Positions 44,574-53,858 of a DNA stretch of 64,000 bases are shown piece by piece. Numbering within the stretch: the stretch's first letter is position 1; each line of letters opens with the position of its first letter. The notes below the pieces were generated by a model. The model had not been told where the DNA came from. It did no database searches and worked only from the letters and a program-made list of their open reading frames with translations. Location: the NCBI GenBank assembly GCA_041482015.1, contig JBGPCZ010000004.1:13027-77026 (forward strand), written 5' to 3'. The stretch comes from Planctomycetota bacterium. Lineage in GTDB: Bacteria; Planctomycetota; MHYJ01; JACPRB01. The position numbers were made by a program, and so were the translations under genes.

Positions 44574-45974
44574 CTACTTGCCCGGGGGCGGGGTCTTCGC
44601 CCCGGCCGGCACCTTGTCCGCCGAGACGATCTTCCAGACCGAGCCCGGCTTGATGTCGGGGATGAACGGGCCGTACTGGCTGGTCATGCTGGTGGCGTAG
44701 ACGTTGCCCTGCTCGTCCTCGCCGCCGGAGGAGAAGTGGAGCCCCGTGTGGAGGAGCGTCTCCATCTGCCACTTGCCGGCGCCGTCGCGCTTCAGGCCCC
44801 AGAAGCGGCCGCTGCCCCAGTCGCCCACGAAGTAGGTGCCGTCGAGGGACGGGCACTCGCTCCCGCGGTAGACGCCCATGCCGATGACGCAGATGCCATC
44901 CTTCTCGTGGTTGTACTCCGCGACCGGCAGGACGCCGATGACGGGCCACTTCTCGCCCGAGGTCTCCTTCTCGATCGGGAACGGGTGGACGCCGCACATC
45001 CAGTTCCAGCCGTAGTTCTCGCCGCCCTTCGAGGAAGCGGGCTGGAAGTTGATCTCCTCCCAGATGTTCTGGCCGATGTCGGCGATGTAGAGATCGCCCG
45101 TCTTCCGGTCGAACGAGAAGGTCCAGGGGTTCCGGATGCCGTACGCCCAGATCTCAGGCTTGGAGCGCTGCTTGATCTTCGAGAAATCCAGCTCGCTCTT
45201 GCCGAACAGCACCATGAGCTTGGGATCGGCGTAGCCGACGAACGGGTTGGTCGCGGGCACCTTGTAGGGGACGCTCTTGTCGCTCACGTCGATCCGGAGC
45301 ATCTTGCCCATCCAGGTCGAGAGGTCGGGGCCGACGTCGAGGACGTCGCCCTCCCACCCGCCGTCGCCAACGCCGACGTAGAGATAGCCGTCGGGCCCGA
45401 ACTTCACCTTGCCGCCGTGGTGGTTGCAGTACGGAAAGTCGATCCGCATGACCGGGCGCGCGGAGGCCATGTCGACCTTGTTGGGGTCGCCCGCCGCGAC
45501 CTTGTACTCGACGATCATCGTCGAGCCGTTGAACCACATGTCCGCGTAGCTGATGTACAGGAGCCCGTTCGACTTGAAGTTCGGGTGGAACTCCACGCAA
45601 TAAAGCCCGCACTCCAGGAACTGCCAGCCGACGTTCGAGCGGTTGTCGTAGAACGGCTCGTCCAGGACCTTGCCGTTCTTGATGATCCGGATGACGCCGG
45701 GCCGCTCGCACACGAAGAGCCGGCCCGTGCCGTCCTTCGGACTCGCGATGTCGATCGGGTCGATGAAGCCGCCTGCGACCTCGACCAGCTGGACCTTCAG
45801 GTCGCCCGGCAGCTTGCCGCCCGGCCGCGCAACCTCGAGCTTCTGGGGATCGATCGCGGACATCATCCTCGGCGCGTCCTTGGGATTGGCCGGCGCCGGC
45901 TTCTCGGGCGCGACGGTGCATCCGAGCGCCGCCGCGAAGGCGAGCGAGGCGAGAAGGCTGCGAGCGTGACTCAT
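44574..45974 (-). CDS. PQQ-dependent sugar (glucose/sorbosone) dehydrogenase, lipoprotein
   Basis: Lipobox AAALGC. HHGG. AYGIRNPWTFSFDRKTGDLYIADIGQNIWEEIN is typical of soluble GSDH beta-propellers. Confidence 0.8.
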   Translation of the reverse strand: MSHARSLLASLAFAAALGCTVAPEKPAPANPKDAPRMMSAIDPQKLEVARPGGKLPGDLKVQLVEVAGGFIDPIDIASPKDGTGRLFVCERPGVIRIIKNGKVLDEPFYDNRSNVGWQFLECGLYCVEFHPNFKSNGLLYISYADMWFNGSTMIVEYKVAAGDPNKVDMASARPVMRIDFPYCNHHGGKVKFGPDGYLYVGVGDGGWEGDVLDVGPDLSTWMGKMLRIDVSDKSVPYKVPATNPFVGYADPKLMVLFGKSELDFSKIKQRSKPEIWAYGIRNPWTFSFDRKTGDLYIADIGQNIWEEINFQPASSKGGENYGWNWMCGVHPFPIEKETSGEKWPVIGVLPVAEYNHEKDGICVIGMGVYRGSECPSLDGTYFVGDWGSGRFWGLKRDGAGKWQMETLLHTGLHFSSGGEDEQGNVYATSMTSQYGPFIPDIKPGSVWKIVSADKVPAGAKTPPPGK

Positions 45975-46138
45975 GACCAGTTCCTCCCTACGGTTACGTG
46001 GAGATCCGCTCTCAAGAGTGGACCCGGAGGGTATCAGTCCCCGGTCCCGGGTGTCAAGAAAAGCGGCCCACCCCCGAATTGTTAAGAGGGGTCCTTTTCA
46101 CTTACCCCCGTCTTCGCTTTCGGGTAAGGTTATTGTCC

Positions 46139-49100
46139 ATGGGCGTCAGCCGCCGGGATTTCCTTAAGCTCTCCGCGGCGGGCGCGTTCGTCACGCCCTT
46201 CGGGTTCGATCTCACCCCCGCCCTCGCCGAGGCGAAGAAGTTCAAGATCGCCCGCACCACCGAGACCCGCTCGATCTGCCCCTACTGCTCCGTCTCGTGC
46301 GGCGTCATCGTCCACACGCGGGGCGAGGGAAAGAACACCCAGCGGCAGATCGTCCACATCGAGGGCGACCCGGATCACCCCGTCAACCTGGGCACGCTCT
46401 GCCCCAAGGGCGCCACGCTCAAGCACTACGTCGACAACGACCGGCGCCTCGACCGCGTGCGCCACCGCGCCCCCGGCGCGAGCGACTGGACCTTCATCTC
46501 GTGGGACAAGGCGATCGACATGATCGCCCAGCGGATCAAGAAGACCCGCGACGCGGACTTCATCGCGAAAGACAGGGACGGCCGCACCGTCAACCGCCTC
46601 GACTCGATCGCCGCCATCGGCGGCTGCACCGACACGAACGAGTTCAACTGGCTCTTCCAGAAAGTCGCGCGGGCCTGGAGCATCGCCCACCTGGAGCAGC
46701 AGTCGCGGATATGACACGGTCCCACGGTGGCCAGTCTGGCCCCCACCTTCGGACGCGGCTCGATGACGAACGGATGGACCGACATCCGGAACACCGATGT
46801 CGTCCTCTGCATGGGCGGCAACCCCGCCGAGAATCACCCGTGCGGGTTCAAATGGGCGATCGAGGCCAAGAAGAAGCGGGGCGCGAAGATCGTCTGCATC
46901 GACCCGCGCTACAACCGCACGGCCGCCGTCTCGGACTGCTTCGTCCAGATCCGCTCGGGGAGCGACATCGCGTTCCTGGGCGGACTCATCCGCCAGGCGA
47001 TCGAGGACAAGCTCTTTCACGAGGAGTACGTCAAGCTCCACACGAACGCTCTCTTCCTCCTGGAGCCCGGGTCGGAGCTCGGGACCGACGGGCTCTTCGG
47101 TGGATTCGATTCCGAGGCGAAGAAGTACGACAAGTCGAAATGGAAATACCAGCTCGATGAAAAGGGGCTCGCGAAGCGGACGGCCTCGCTCGACGATCCC
47201 GCCTGCGTCTTCCAGCACCTGAAGCGCCACTACTCCCGCTACACGCCGGAGGTCGTCGCCGATATCGCCGGCTGCACGAAGGAGGATTTCCTCAAGGCCG
47301 CGGCGATCATCAACTCGACCGGCACGGCCAGCCGAGCGGGGACGATCATGTACGCGCTCGGCTGGACGCAGCACTCCACGAGCGTCCAGATCATCCGCGC
47401 CGCGGCGATCCTCCAGCTCCTCCTCGGCAACATCGGCCGCGCGGGCGGCGGCGTGAACGCGCTCCGCGGCCACGCGAACATCCAGGGGGGCACCGACCAC
47501 GGGGTCGCGTACCACGCGCTCCCGGGCTACATGGCGATCCCGCGGGCCACCGACCTGGACGTCGCGACGTACCTCAAGCGGATCACGCCGGAGTCGCTCT
47601 CGGCCACGTCGATGAATTACTGGGCCAACGCGCCGAAGTTCTTCGTCTCGCTCATGAAGTCGATGTACGGCGGCGCCGCCACCGAGAAGAACGAGTGGGG
47701 CTTCCACTGGCTCCCCAAGATCGATCCCGCCGTGAACTACTCGTGGGTCTACATCTTCGACAAGATGTACAAGGGCGAGATCAAGGGGTTCATCGACTTC
47801 GGCATGAACCCCGTCGCGAACGGCCCCAACACCGAGAAGATCATCGCCGCGCTTTCGAAGCTCGACTGGATGGTGATCGCGGAGGCGTTCGAGACGGAGA
47901 CCGCCTCCTTCTGGACCGTCGCCAAGGAGTCCCCGAAGACGGAAGTCTTCATGCTCCCGGCCGCGATCTTCGCCGAGAAGGACGGCTCGTTCACCAACTC
48001 GTCGCGCTGGGCGCAGTGGAAGCACAAGGCGACGGAGCCCCCCGGCGAGGCGAGGACCGACCAGGAGATCCTCGCGCGGATCTTCGTCCGGGTCCGCGAG
48101 CTCTACGAGAAGGAGAGCGGGGCGTTCCCCGACGCGATCCGCGCGCTCGACTGGTCGTACAAGAACCCCTACGCCCCGTCGCTCGAGGAGATCGCGAAGG
48201 AGATCAACGGCCGGGATCTCGCGACCGGGAAGCAGCTCAACGCGTTCAGCGAACTCAAGGCCGACGGCACGACCGCGAGCGGCAACTGGCTCTACTGCGG
48301 GAGCTTCACCGAGGCCGGCAACATGATGGCCCGGCGCGACCCGCGCGACCCGTCGGGCCTCGGACGGCACGAGAACTGGGCATGGAACTGGCCGATGAAC
48401 CGTCGCGTCCTCTACAACCGGGCGGGCGCGGACGCCCAGGGAAAACCCTGGGACCCGACGCGATCGGGCATCACGTGGGACGGGTCGAAGTGGATCGGCG
48501 ACGTGCCCGACCTCAAGGCGGACAGCAAGCCCGAGGACGGGCTCGGCGCGTTCATCATGCTTCCCGAGGGCGTGGCCAAGCTATGGGCCCCGGACTTTGC
48601 CGACGGCCCCTTCCCCGAGCACTACGAGCCGATGGAGCACCCGACCGAGGAGAACCCACTCCACAAGCAGACGACGAGCCCCGTCGCGCCCGTCTTCAAG
48701 AGCGACATGGACCGGCTCGGAACCCCCAAGGAGGGCTACGACATCGTCGCGACGACCTTCCGGCTCACCGAGCACTTCCACTACTGGACGAAGCACGTGG
48801 CGCCGGCCGCGATGCTGCAGTCGGAGTTCTTCGTGGAGATCCCCGAGGGCCTGGCCCTGGAGAGAGGGATCCAGAACGAGAACCGCGTGCGCCTCTCGAC
48901 GCCGCGGGGGTCCATCGAAGGGCGCGCGCTCGTGACGAAGCGCATCCACGGAATGAAGGTCGCCGGGAAGACCGTGTGGCAGGTCGCGATCCCGATCCAC
49001 TGGGGCTTCCAGGGGCGGACCGAGAAGGGGAACGCCGCGGTCAAGGGCGGCCGCGGCCCCATGGCAAACCTGCTGACGGCGAGCGTCGTCGACCCGAACT

Positions 49101-49156
49101 CGTTCACGCCCGAGTACAAGACCTTCCTCGTGAAACTGGAGAAGGTCTCGTCATGA
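46139..49156 (+). CDS. fdnG: Formate dehydrogenase-N/O type alpha subunit, TAT-exported, selenocysteine-containing (UGA 46712..46714)
   Basis: RRDFLK signal and CPYCSVSCG Fe-S motif. ...QSRI-U-HGPTVASLAPTFGRG matches E. coli FdnG ...ARV-U-HGPTVASLAPTFGRG. Listed ORFs 45998..46714 and 46727..49156 share the frame. Confidence 0.9.
46726..46747 (+). other. Candidate SECIS hairpin for fdnG
   Basis: GGUGGCCA-GUC-UGGCC(CCC)ACC starts 11 nt after the UGA. UGACACGG... and the GUC-containing apex parallel the E. coli fdhF element. Confidence 0.6.
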
Positions 49157-50730
49157 GCGGGGCCCTGGAGATCAAGAACACGAGCGCGACGGGCGCGCAC
49201 ACCACCGTGCGCGAGGACGACCAGCTCTGCATGCTGATCGACACGACCACGTGCATCGGCTGCAAGGCCTGCGAGGTGGCGTGCGTGGAGTGGAACGACC
49301 TCCACATCGAGCCCGAATACGGCCAGCGGCTGCTCCACTCCTACCAGACGATGGCGGACATGACGCCCTCGTACTGGAACCTGATCAAGTTCGACGAGAT
49401 CGTGGTGGACTCCCAGCGCCAGCCGCCTCCCGTCGCGGCCGGCGGGGGATTCCTCCCTTCCGCGTTCGCGACCGGGGAGGTGGCGCCCTCCGGCGAGGCC
49501 GTGATGATGCTCATGCGCAAGGACATGTGCATGCACTGCGCGGAGCCGGGCTGCATGATCGCCTGTCCCGCGGAAGGAGCCATCGTCCAGTACACCAACG
49601 GGATCGTCGACTTCCAGCAGGAGAATTGCATCGGCTGCGGCTACTGCATGACAGGCTGCCCCTTCAACATCCCGAAGTTCGACGAGAAGTCCCAGCGCGT
49701 CTTCAAGTGCACCATGTGCAGCGATCGCGTTTCCAACGGCCTTGGGCCGGCGTGCGTGAAGTCGTGCCCCACGGGCTGCCTTGAGTTCGGCACCAAGAAG
49801 GAGATGCGCCACCACGCGGAGCACCGCGCGGACCAGGTGAGGAAGGACGGCTTCCCGAAGGCGGACGTGTACGATCCGGCGGGCGTCGGCGGGACGGGCG
49901 TGATCTACGTCCTCCACCACGCGGACCGGCCCGAGCTTTACGGAAACCTGCCGCGCGAGCCGAAGATCGACCCGCAGATCCGGTTCTGGAAGGGCCCCCT
50001 CAAATGGGTGGGCGGACTCGCGTTCGGCGCGTCGCTCGTCGCGGCCGCGGTCCACTATCTCACGTCGGGGCCGCGACGGACCGAGTCCCACGCGCCGCCG
50101 GCGCCGGCGGCCCCGAAGAAGGAGATCGTCCGCTACACGCTCTTCGAGCGCCTGCTCCACTGGACGGTGGCGTTCACGTTCCTCTACCTGTCGCTCACGG
50201 GGCTGGCGATCTTCACGCCGAAGCTCGCATGGCTCATGAGCGTGTTCGGCGGCGGGCAGGTCGTGCGCGCGTGGCATCCGATCGTCGGCGCGGTGTTCGT
50301 CGGCGCGGTCCTCATCCAGTTCTTCAAATGGTTCAAGGACCTTCGAATCACGCCCGACGACCGCGTCTGGCTCAAGCGCATGCGCGATTACCTCGCGGGT
50401 CGCGACGAGAAGGTGCCGCCGACCGGCCGCTTCAACGCGGGGCAGAAGCTCCTCTTCTGGACGCAGGTGATCCTCGGCCTCGTGCTCCTCGCGAGCGGCA
50501 TCCCGGTCTGGTTCCCGAAGGAGTTCTCGCGCGATCTCCGGCTCTGGTCGATCCTCGTCCACTCCGCGTCGGCGGCGGCGGCGATCCTCTCGCTCGTCGT
50601 CCACATCCACATGGCGGTCTTCATCACCAAGGGCGCGGTCCGGGCGATGACCGAGGGGAAGGTGAGCGAGGAGTGGGCGCGCCACCACCACGGCAAGTGG
50701 GCGGACGAGAAACTCGGCCCTCCTGCATGA
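49153..50730 (+). CDS. fdnH: Fused formate dehydrogenase beta (4x[4Fe-4S], FdnH) and gamma (cytochrome b556, FdnI) subunit
   Basis: The N-terminal half has ferredoxin Cys clusters (CIGCKACEVAC, CMHCAEPGCMIACP, CIGCGYCMTGCP, CTMCSDR). The C-terminal half aligns with E. coli FdnI (HWTV, FNAGQK, HIHMA, EGKVS..WA..HH). One uninterrupted frame. Confidence 0.85.
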   Translation: MSGALEIKNTSATGAHTTVREDDQLCMLIDTTTCIGCKACEVACVEWNDLHIEPEYGQRLLHSYQTMADMTPSYWNLIKFDEIVVDSQRQPPPVAAGGGFLPSAFATGEVAPSGEAVMMLMRKDMCMHCAEPGCMIACPAEGAIVQYTNGIVDFQQENCIGCGYCMTGCPFNIPKFDEKSQRVFKCTMCSDRVSNGLGPACVKSCPTGCLEFGTKKEMRHHAEHRADQVRKDGFPKADVYDPAGVGGTGVIYVLHHADRPELYGNLPREPKIDPQIRFWKGPLKWVGGLAFGASLVAAAVHYLTSGPRRTESHAPPAPAAPKKEIVRYTLFERLLHWTVAFTFLYLSLTGLAIFTPKLAWLMSVFGGGQVVRAWHPIVGAVFVGAVLIQFFKWFKDLRITPDDRVWLKRMRDYLAGRDEKVPPTGRFNAGQKLLFWTQVILGLVLLASGIPVWFPKEFSRDLRLWSILVHSASAAAAILSLVVHIHMAVFITKGAVRAMTEGKVSEEWARHHHGKWADEKLGPPA

Positions 50731-51506
50731 CCAACGCCTGGGAGCGGCGGCTCCGTCGCGCCGTGCAGCTCGAGAAGGAATGGCCGTTCGCGGCGGACAT
50801 CCTCCGACTCTACCGGTCGCTCCTCCCCATCCAGGCCAGGATCCACGCCGAAGCAGCGGGCAAGTTCCCGCCCGATGAGACCTTCACCCCCTGGTTCATG
50901 GATCGCCTGTGCGACCTGGTCGACCGGGTTGCGGCGGAGGGGCCCGGGACGCTCGCCGAGGAAGCCGCCCGGTGGCGGGGGCACGTCGAGGATCGGTGGT
51001 GGGAGGAGCACGGCCGGCCACATCAACCGGACCCGTTGTGCGAGGATTGCCCGAGTCCCCTCTACCACTTCCTGGGGACGGTCTTCGACCAGCCTCTCAA
51101 GATGAGCGTGCGGCCGGAGAATTTCCCGGCCGCAAGCGGTGACACGGGCTGCCCGTCCTGCGGGCGGTCGCCCCTCGTCAGCGTGCTCCGGGAGGACCGG
51201 GTGGCGGAGACGGTGAGACGCTCGCTCGTGTGCTCGTTCTGCACGACCGAGTGGGAGTTCCCCCGCGTCGTCTGTCCCAAGTGCCGGGAGGAGCGGCCTG
51301 AAAAGCTGCCGCGCTTCACAGCGCTGGAGATCCCGTGGATGAGGGTCGACGCCTGTGACACCTGCCGGGGTTATCTCAAGTCGGTCGATCTGACGAAGAA
51401 CCCCGACGCGGAACCGGTGGTGGACGAACTGGGGTCGACGCCGCTCGACGTCATCGCACGAGAGCAGGGGTATTCGAAACTGGCGGCCAACCTCGCGGGA
51501 GTCTGA
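50727..51506 (+). CDS. fdhE: Formate dehydrogenase accessory protein FdhE
   Basis: Four CxxC pairs (CPSC, CSFC, CPKC, CDTC) with FdhE spacing. ATGA overlap with the upstream gene. Confidence 0.75.
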   Translation: MTNAWERRLRRAVQLEKEWPFAADILRLYRSLLPIQARIHAEAAGKFPPDETFTPWFMDRLCDLVDRVAAEGPGTLAEEAARWRGHVEDRWWEEHGRPHQPDPLCEDCPSPLYHFLGTVFDQPLKMSVRPENFPAASGDTGCPSCGRSPLVSVLREDRVAETVRRSLVCSFCTTEWEFPRVVCPKCREERPEKLPRFTALEIPWMRVDACDTCRGYLKSVDLTKNPDAEPVVDELGSTPLDVIAREQGYSKLAANLAGV

Positions 51507-52031
51507 TCAGAGCTTCGGAAGCGCCTCGGTCTTCCCCTCGTCCTTCGCGGTCGGCTTGCCGTCCTTGGGGTGATGCGCCTTCTCGGCGGACGCCTGGCGC
51601 TTGCGGGCGCGAAGGACGAGCCAGACGAACGCCGTCGCGAGCCCCACGGCGAGCGGCGCCACCGTCAGGATCATCTCCTTGATCAGCATGCCGATCCCAC
51701 TCAGGACGATCGCGAAGAACGCGATCACGCCCCCGATGACGATCGTGTTCTGCTTCGACTCGCTCTGCGAGACGAGCTTCTTCACCATCTCGGGTACGGC
51801 CGCGATCTCGACGGTCGAGCCCTTCTTGACCGGCTCCGCGGCCGCGGGTGCGGGGGCGGACGCGGAAAGTGCCACGGGCGGCGGCACTTCCCCCACCGTG
51901 AGGAGCTCGATGTTGCCGTCCTTGTGATGGCGGATCCGCGTCCGGCACTTGGGGCACTTCATCTTCCGCCCGGCGAACTCGTCGCCCACCGAGCAGATCG
52001 CCTTGCACGACGGACAGGTGAACGTGATCAA
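51507..52031 (-). CDS. Zinc-ribbon membrane protein (hypothetical)
   Basis: N-terminal CPSC...CPKC ribbon, Ala/Pro linker, and two TM helices. Confidence 0.6.
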   Translation of the reverse strand: MITFTCPSCKAICSVGDEFAGRKMKCPKCRTRIRHHKDGNIELLTVGEVPPPVALSASAPAPAAAEPVKKGSTVEIAAVPEMVKKLVSQSESKQNTIVIGGVIAFFAIVLSGIGMLIKEMILTVAPLAVGLATAFVWLVLRARKRQASAEKAHHPKDGKPTAKDEGKTEALPKL

Positions 52032-52131
52032 TGACGGCCTCCTCGACCCTCTTGTCTTGAACCTCGGGTGCCGCCGCCGGTTGCGGCGTCCTTACTATAT
52101 ACTAGTTGCGGACGTTTGAAAGAGACCTGTC

Positions 52132-52647
52132 ATGAAGCTTCTCCACTCCCTCTTCCTCTCTCTCTTTCTGGCCCTTCCCGGCCTGCCCGCCGCCGCCCAG
52201 GAATCGAAAACCGCGCGGGAGCAGCTCAAGGAATCCCTCGCAAAGGCGAAGGAGGGAAAGAAGCGCGTCCTCCTCACCTTCGGCGGGGCCGGCTGAAGCT
52301 GGTGCAAGATCTTCGAGGCCTGGAAGGCCCGGGAGGAGGTCGCCCCGATCCTCGCAAAGGACATCGTCAACCTCTACATCGACACGTCCAAGGTCGCCGG
52401 CGGGAAGGACCTTCACGCGTCCTATCCGAAGAGCCAGAAGGGCGGCATCCCCTGGTTCGTCATCCTCGACGGCGAGGGCAAGGAGCTCGGGGATTCGAAC
52501 GGCCCGAACGGAAACATCGGATGCCCCGACACCGACGAGGAGATCGCGGCGTTCATCGACCTTTTGAAGAAGGTCCGCCTCTCAATGACCGACGACGACC
52601 TTGCTGCGCTCAAAAAGTCGCTGGTGGCCCGCCGGGAGAAGAAATGA
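52132..52647 (+). CDS. Secreted thioredoxin-fold selenoprotein with U-x-x-C redox motif (UGA 52294..52296); absent from the ORF track
   Basis: ATG 52132 to TGA 52645 is open except for one TGA. Signal peptide MKLLHSLFLSLFLALPGLPAAAQ. RVLLTFGGAG-U-SWCK occupies the position of the Trx C-x-x-C (WC..CK). GIPWFVILDGEGKEL is typical of the Thioredoxin_7-like fold. GC3-rich codon usage continues across the TGA. Confidence 0.7.
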
Positions 52648-53849
52648 TCGCCTCCCTTCTCCTCGCCACAATGCTCGCGCAGACCGACGTCCGCGACCTG
52701 TTCGAGAAGATGCGCTCGGAGCGGATCGAGGAGCGCGACGACGCCTCACGCGCGCTCCTGGATCTGGACGCGCCGCCCGTGGCGGAGATCGAGAAGGCTG
52801 CGGCCTCCGAGCGGGACGCCGAGGTGCGCGGCCGTCTCAAGGGCGCTCTCGAGGAAATCGGCCGGCGGGAACGAGTGGCCGCAGTGCGTCCGCGGACCAG
52901 GCCGCTGACCCTCGAGTTCCACAATGAGCCCTTCGACGAGGCGGTACGTAAGAGCCTGGGCCCATTCGGACTCACCTCCGTCGAGTGGAGCGAGGAGGTC
53001 GGCCGGCGGCGCGTCACCCTCCATCTCAAGGGAGCCACTTTCTGGCAGGCGGTGGAGGCTCTGGGCCGCGCCGCCTCGGCGTATGGTTCGAGGGGAGCTT
53101 CGCGCTGGCACTTTCAGGACAGGGCGCCCGCGATGGACTCGGTCGGCGGGTTCGATGTCTCAGAGGCGCTGATCTTCGCCGAGCAGAATGGCCGGGAGAA
53201 GCATGGCGACGGGCCGTGGAAGAACGACATCGTCGTCCAGGTCCTCCTTCCCCCCGGTTTCTCCCCCAGCTCGGCCCAGGTTGAAGACGGATTGCTGCTC
53301 GACGACCAGGGCCATGCCATCGAAGCGGATCGCACTCCGGGAGGAACGACCAACCGAGTGCCGGGAGGCGTGGGAAAGATCCGGGCCATGGAATTCGCCG
53401 TCCTCCCGGAAAACCTGAAGGCGGCCAGATCCCTCCAGGTCAAGGGGACGCTCCTCCTCCGGTACCCGCACGACCTCGAGCGGCATGAGTTCGCGCTCCA
53501 GGGCCTCAAGACGCCCCTCTCGGTGAAGTTCCAGGGATCGTCGCTGACCATCGCAAGCATCCAGATCGACCCGGATCGTCAATGCCAATTGAACTTTGTC
53601 GGCCGGGCGGAGTCCGCGAGACTTCTGGTCTTCTCCACGCTGGAAGACGAGAGAGGGAAGTGGCTCTCGGACCTTGACCATACGAATCTGGAGTCTGGCA
53701 GCTCGGTTTCGGGGAACTGCTCGGCCTCCATCCCGCCCGGCGCCGCTCCCGCCCGGTTCGTCCTGAACCGGATCCTGGGCGAGGACGAAGTCCGCATCCC
53801 CTTTCACCTGAAGAACGTACCCCCGCCTCCGCATCCGCCGAAGGGCTGA
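52644..53849 (+). CDS. Hypothetical secreted protein with N-terminal HEAT-like module
   Basis: ATGA overlap with the Trx-like gene. Start taken at Met193 of listed ORF 52068..53849, because the upstream part is another frame of the Trx-like gene. Confidence 0.6.
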   Translation: MIASLLLATMLAQTDVRDLFEKMRSERIEERDDASRALLDLDAPPVAEIEKAAASERDAEVRGRLKGALEEIGRRERVAAVRPRTRPLTLEFHNEPFDEAVRKSLGPFGLTSVEWSEEVGRRRVTLHLKGATFWQAVEALGRAASAYGSRGASRWHFQDRAPAMDSVGGFDVSEALIFAEQNGREKHGDGPWKNDIVVQVLLPPGFSPSSAQVEDGLLLDDQGHAIEADRTPGGTTNRVPGGVGKIRAMEFAVLPENLKAARSLQVKGTLLLRYPHDLERHEFALQGLKTPLSVKFQGSSLTIASIQIDPDRQCQLNFVGRAESARLLVFSTLEDERGKWLSDLDHTNLESGSSVSGNCSASIPPGAAPARFVLNRILGEDEVRIPFHLKNVPPPPHPPKG

Positions 53850-53858
53850 CGAAGGGGC

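Noticed and set aside
42600-46085. 1161-aa plus-strand ORF, the longest in the track
   Set aside because: It is extremely Arg/Pro/Gly/Ala/Leu/Asp-rich with no motifs. It lies antisense to three minus-strand genes with clear family signatures (SUOX-fold enzyme, cupredoxin, PQQ dehydrogenase). This is a typical stop-free shadow frame in GC-rich DNA.
47695-49152. Upstream 486 codons of ORF 47695..50730
   Set aside because: It is an alternative frame of fdnG. The real FdnH-FdnI gene begins at ATG 49153, overlapping the fdnG stop.
52068-52643. N-terminal extension of ORF 52068..53849
   Set aside because: It is an Arg/Pro/Gly-rich frame overlapping the better-supported Trx-like selenoprotein gene. 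A start at 52644 gives an ATGA coupling and a signal-like N-terminus.
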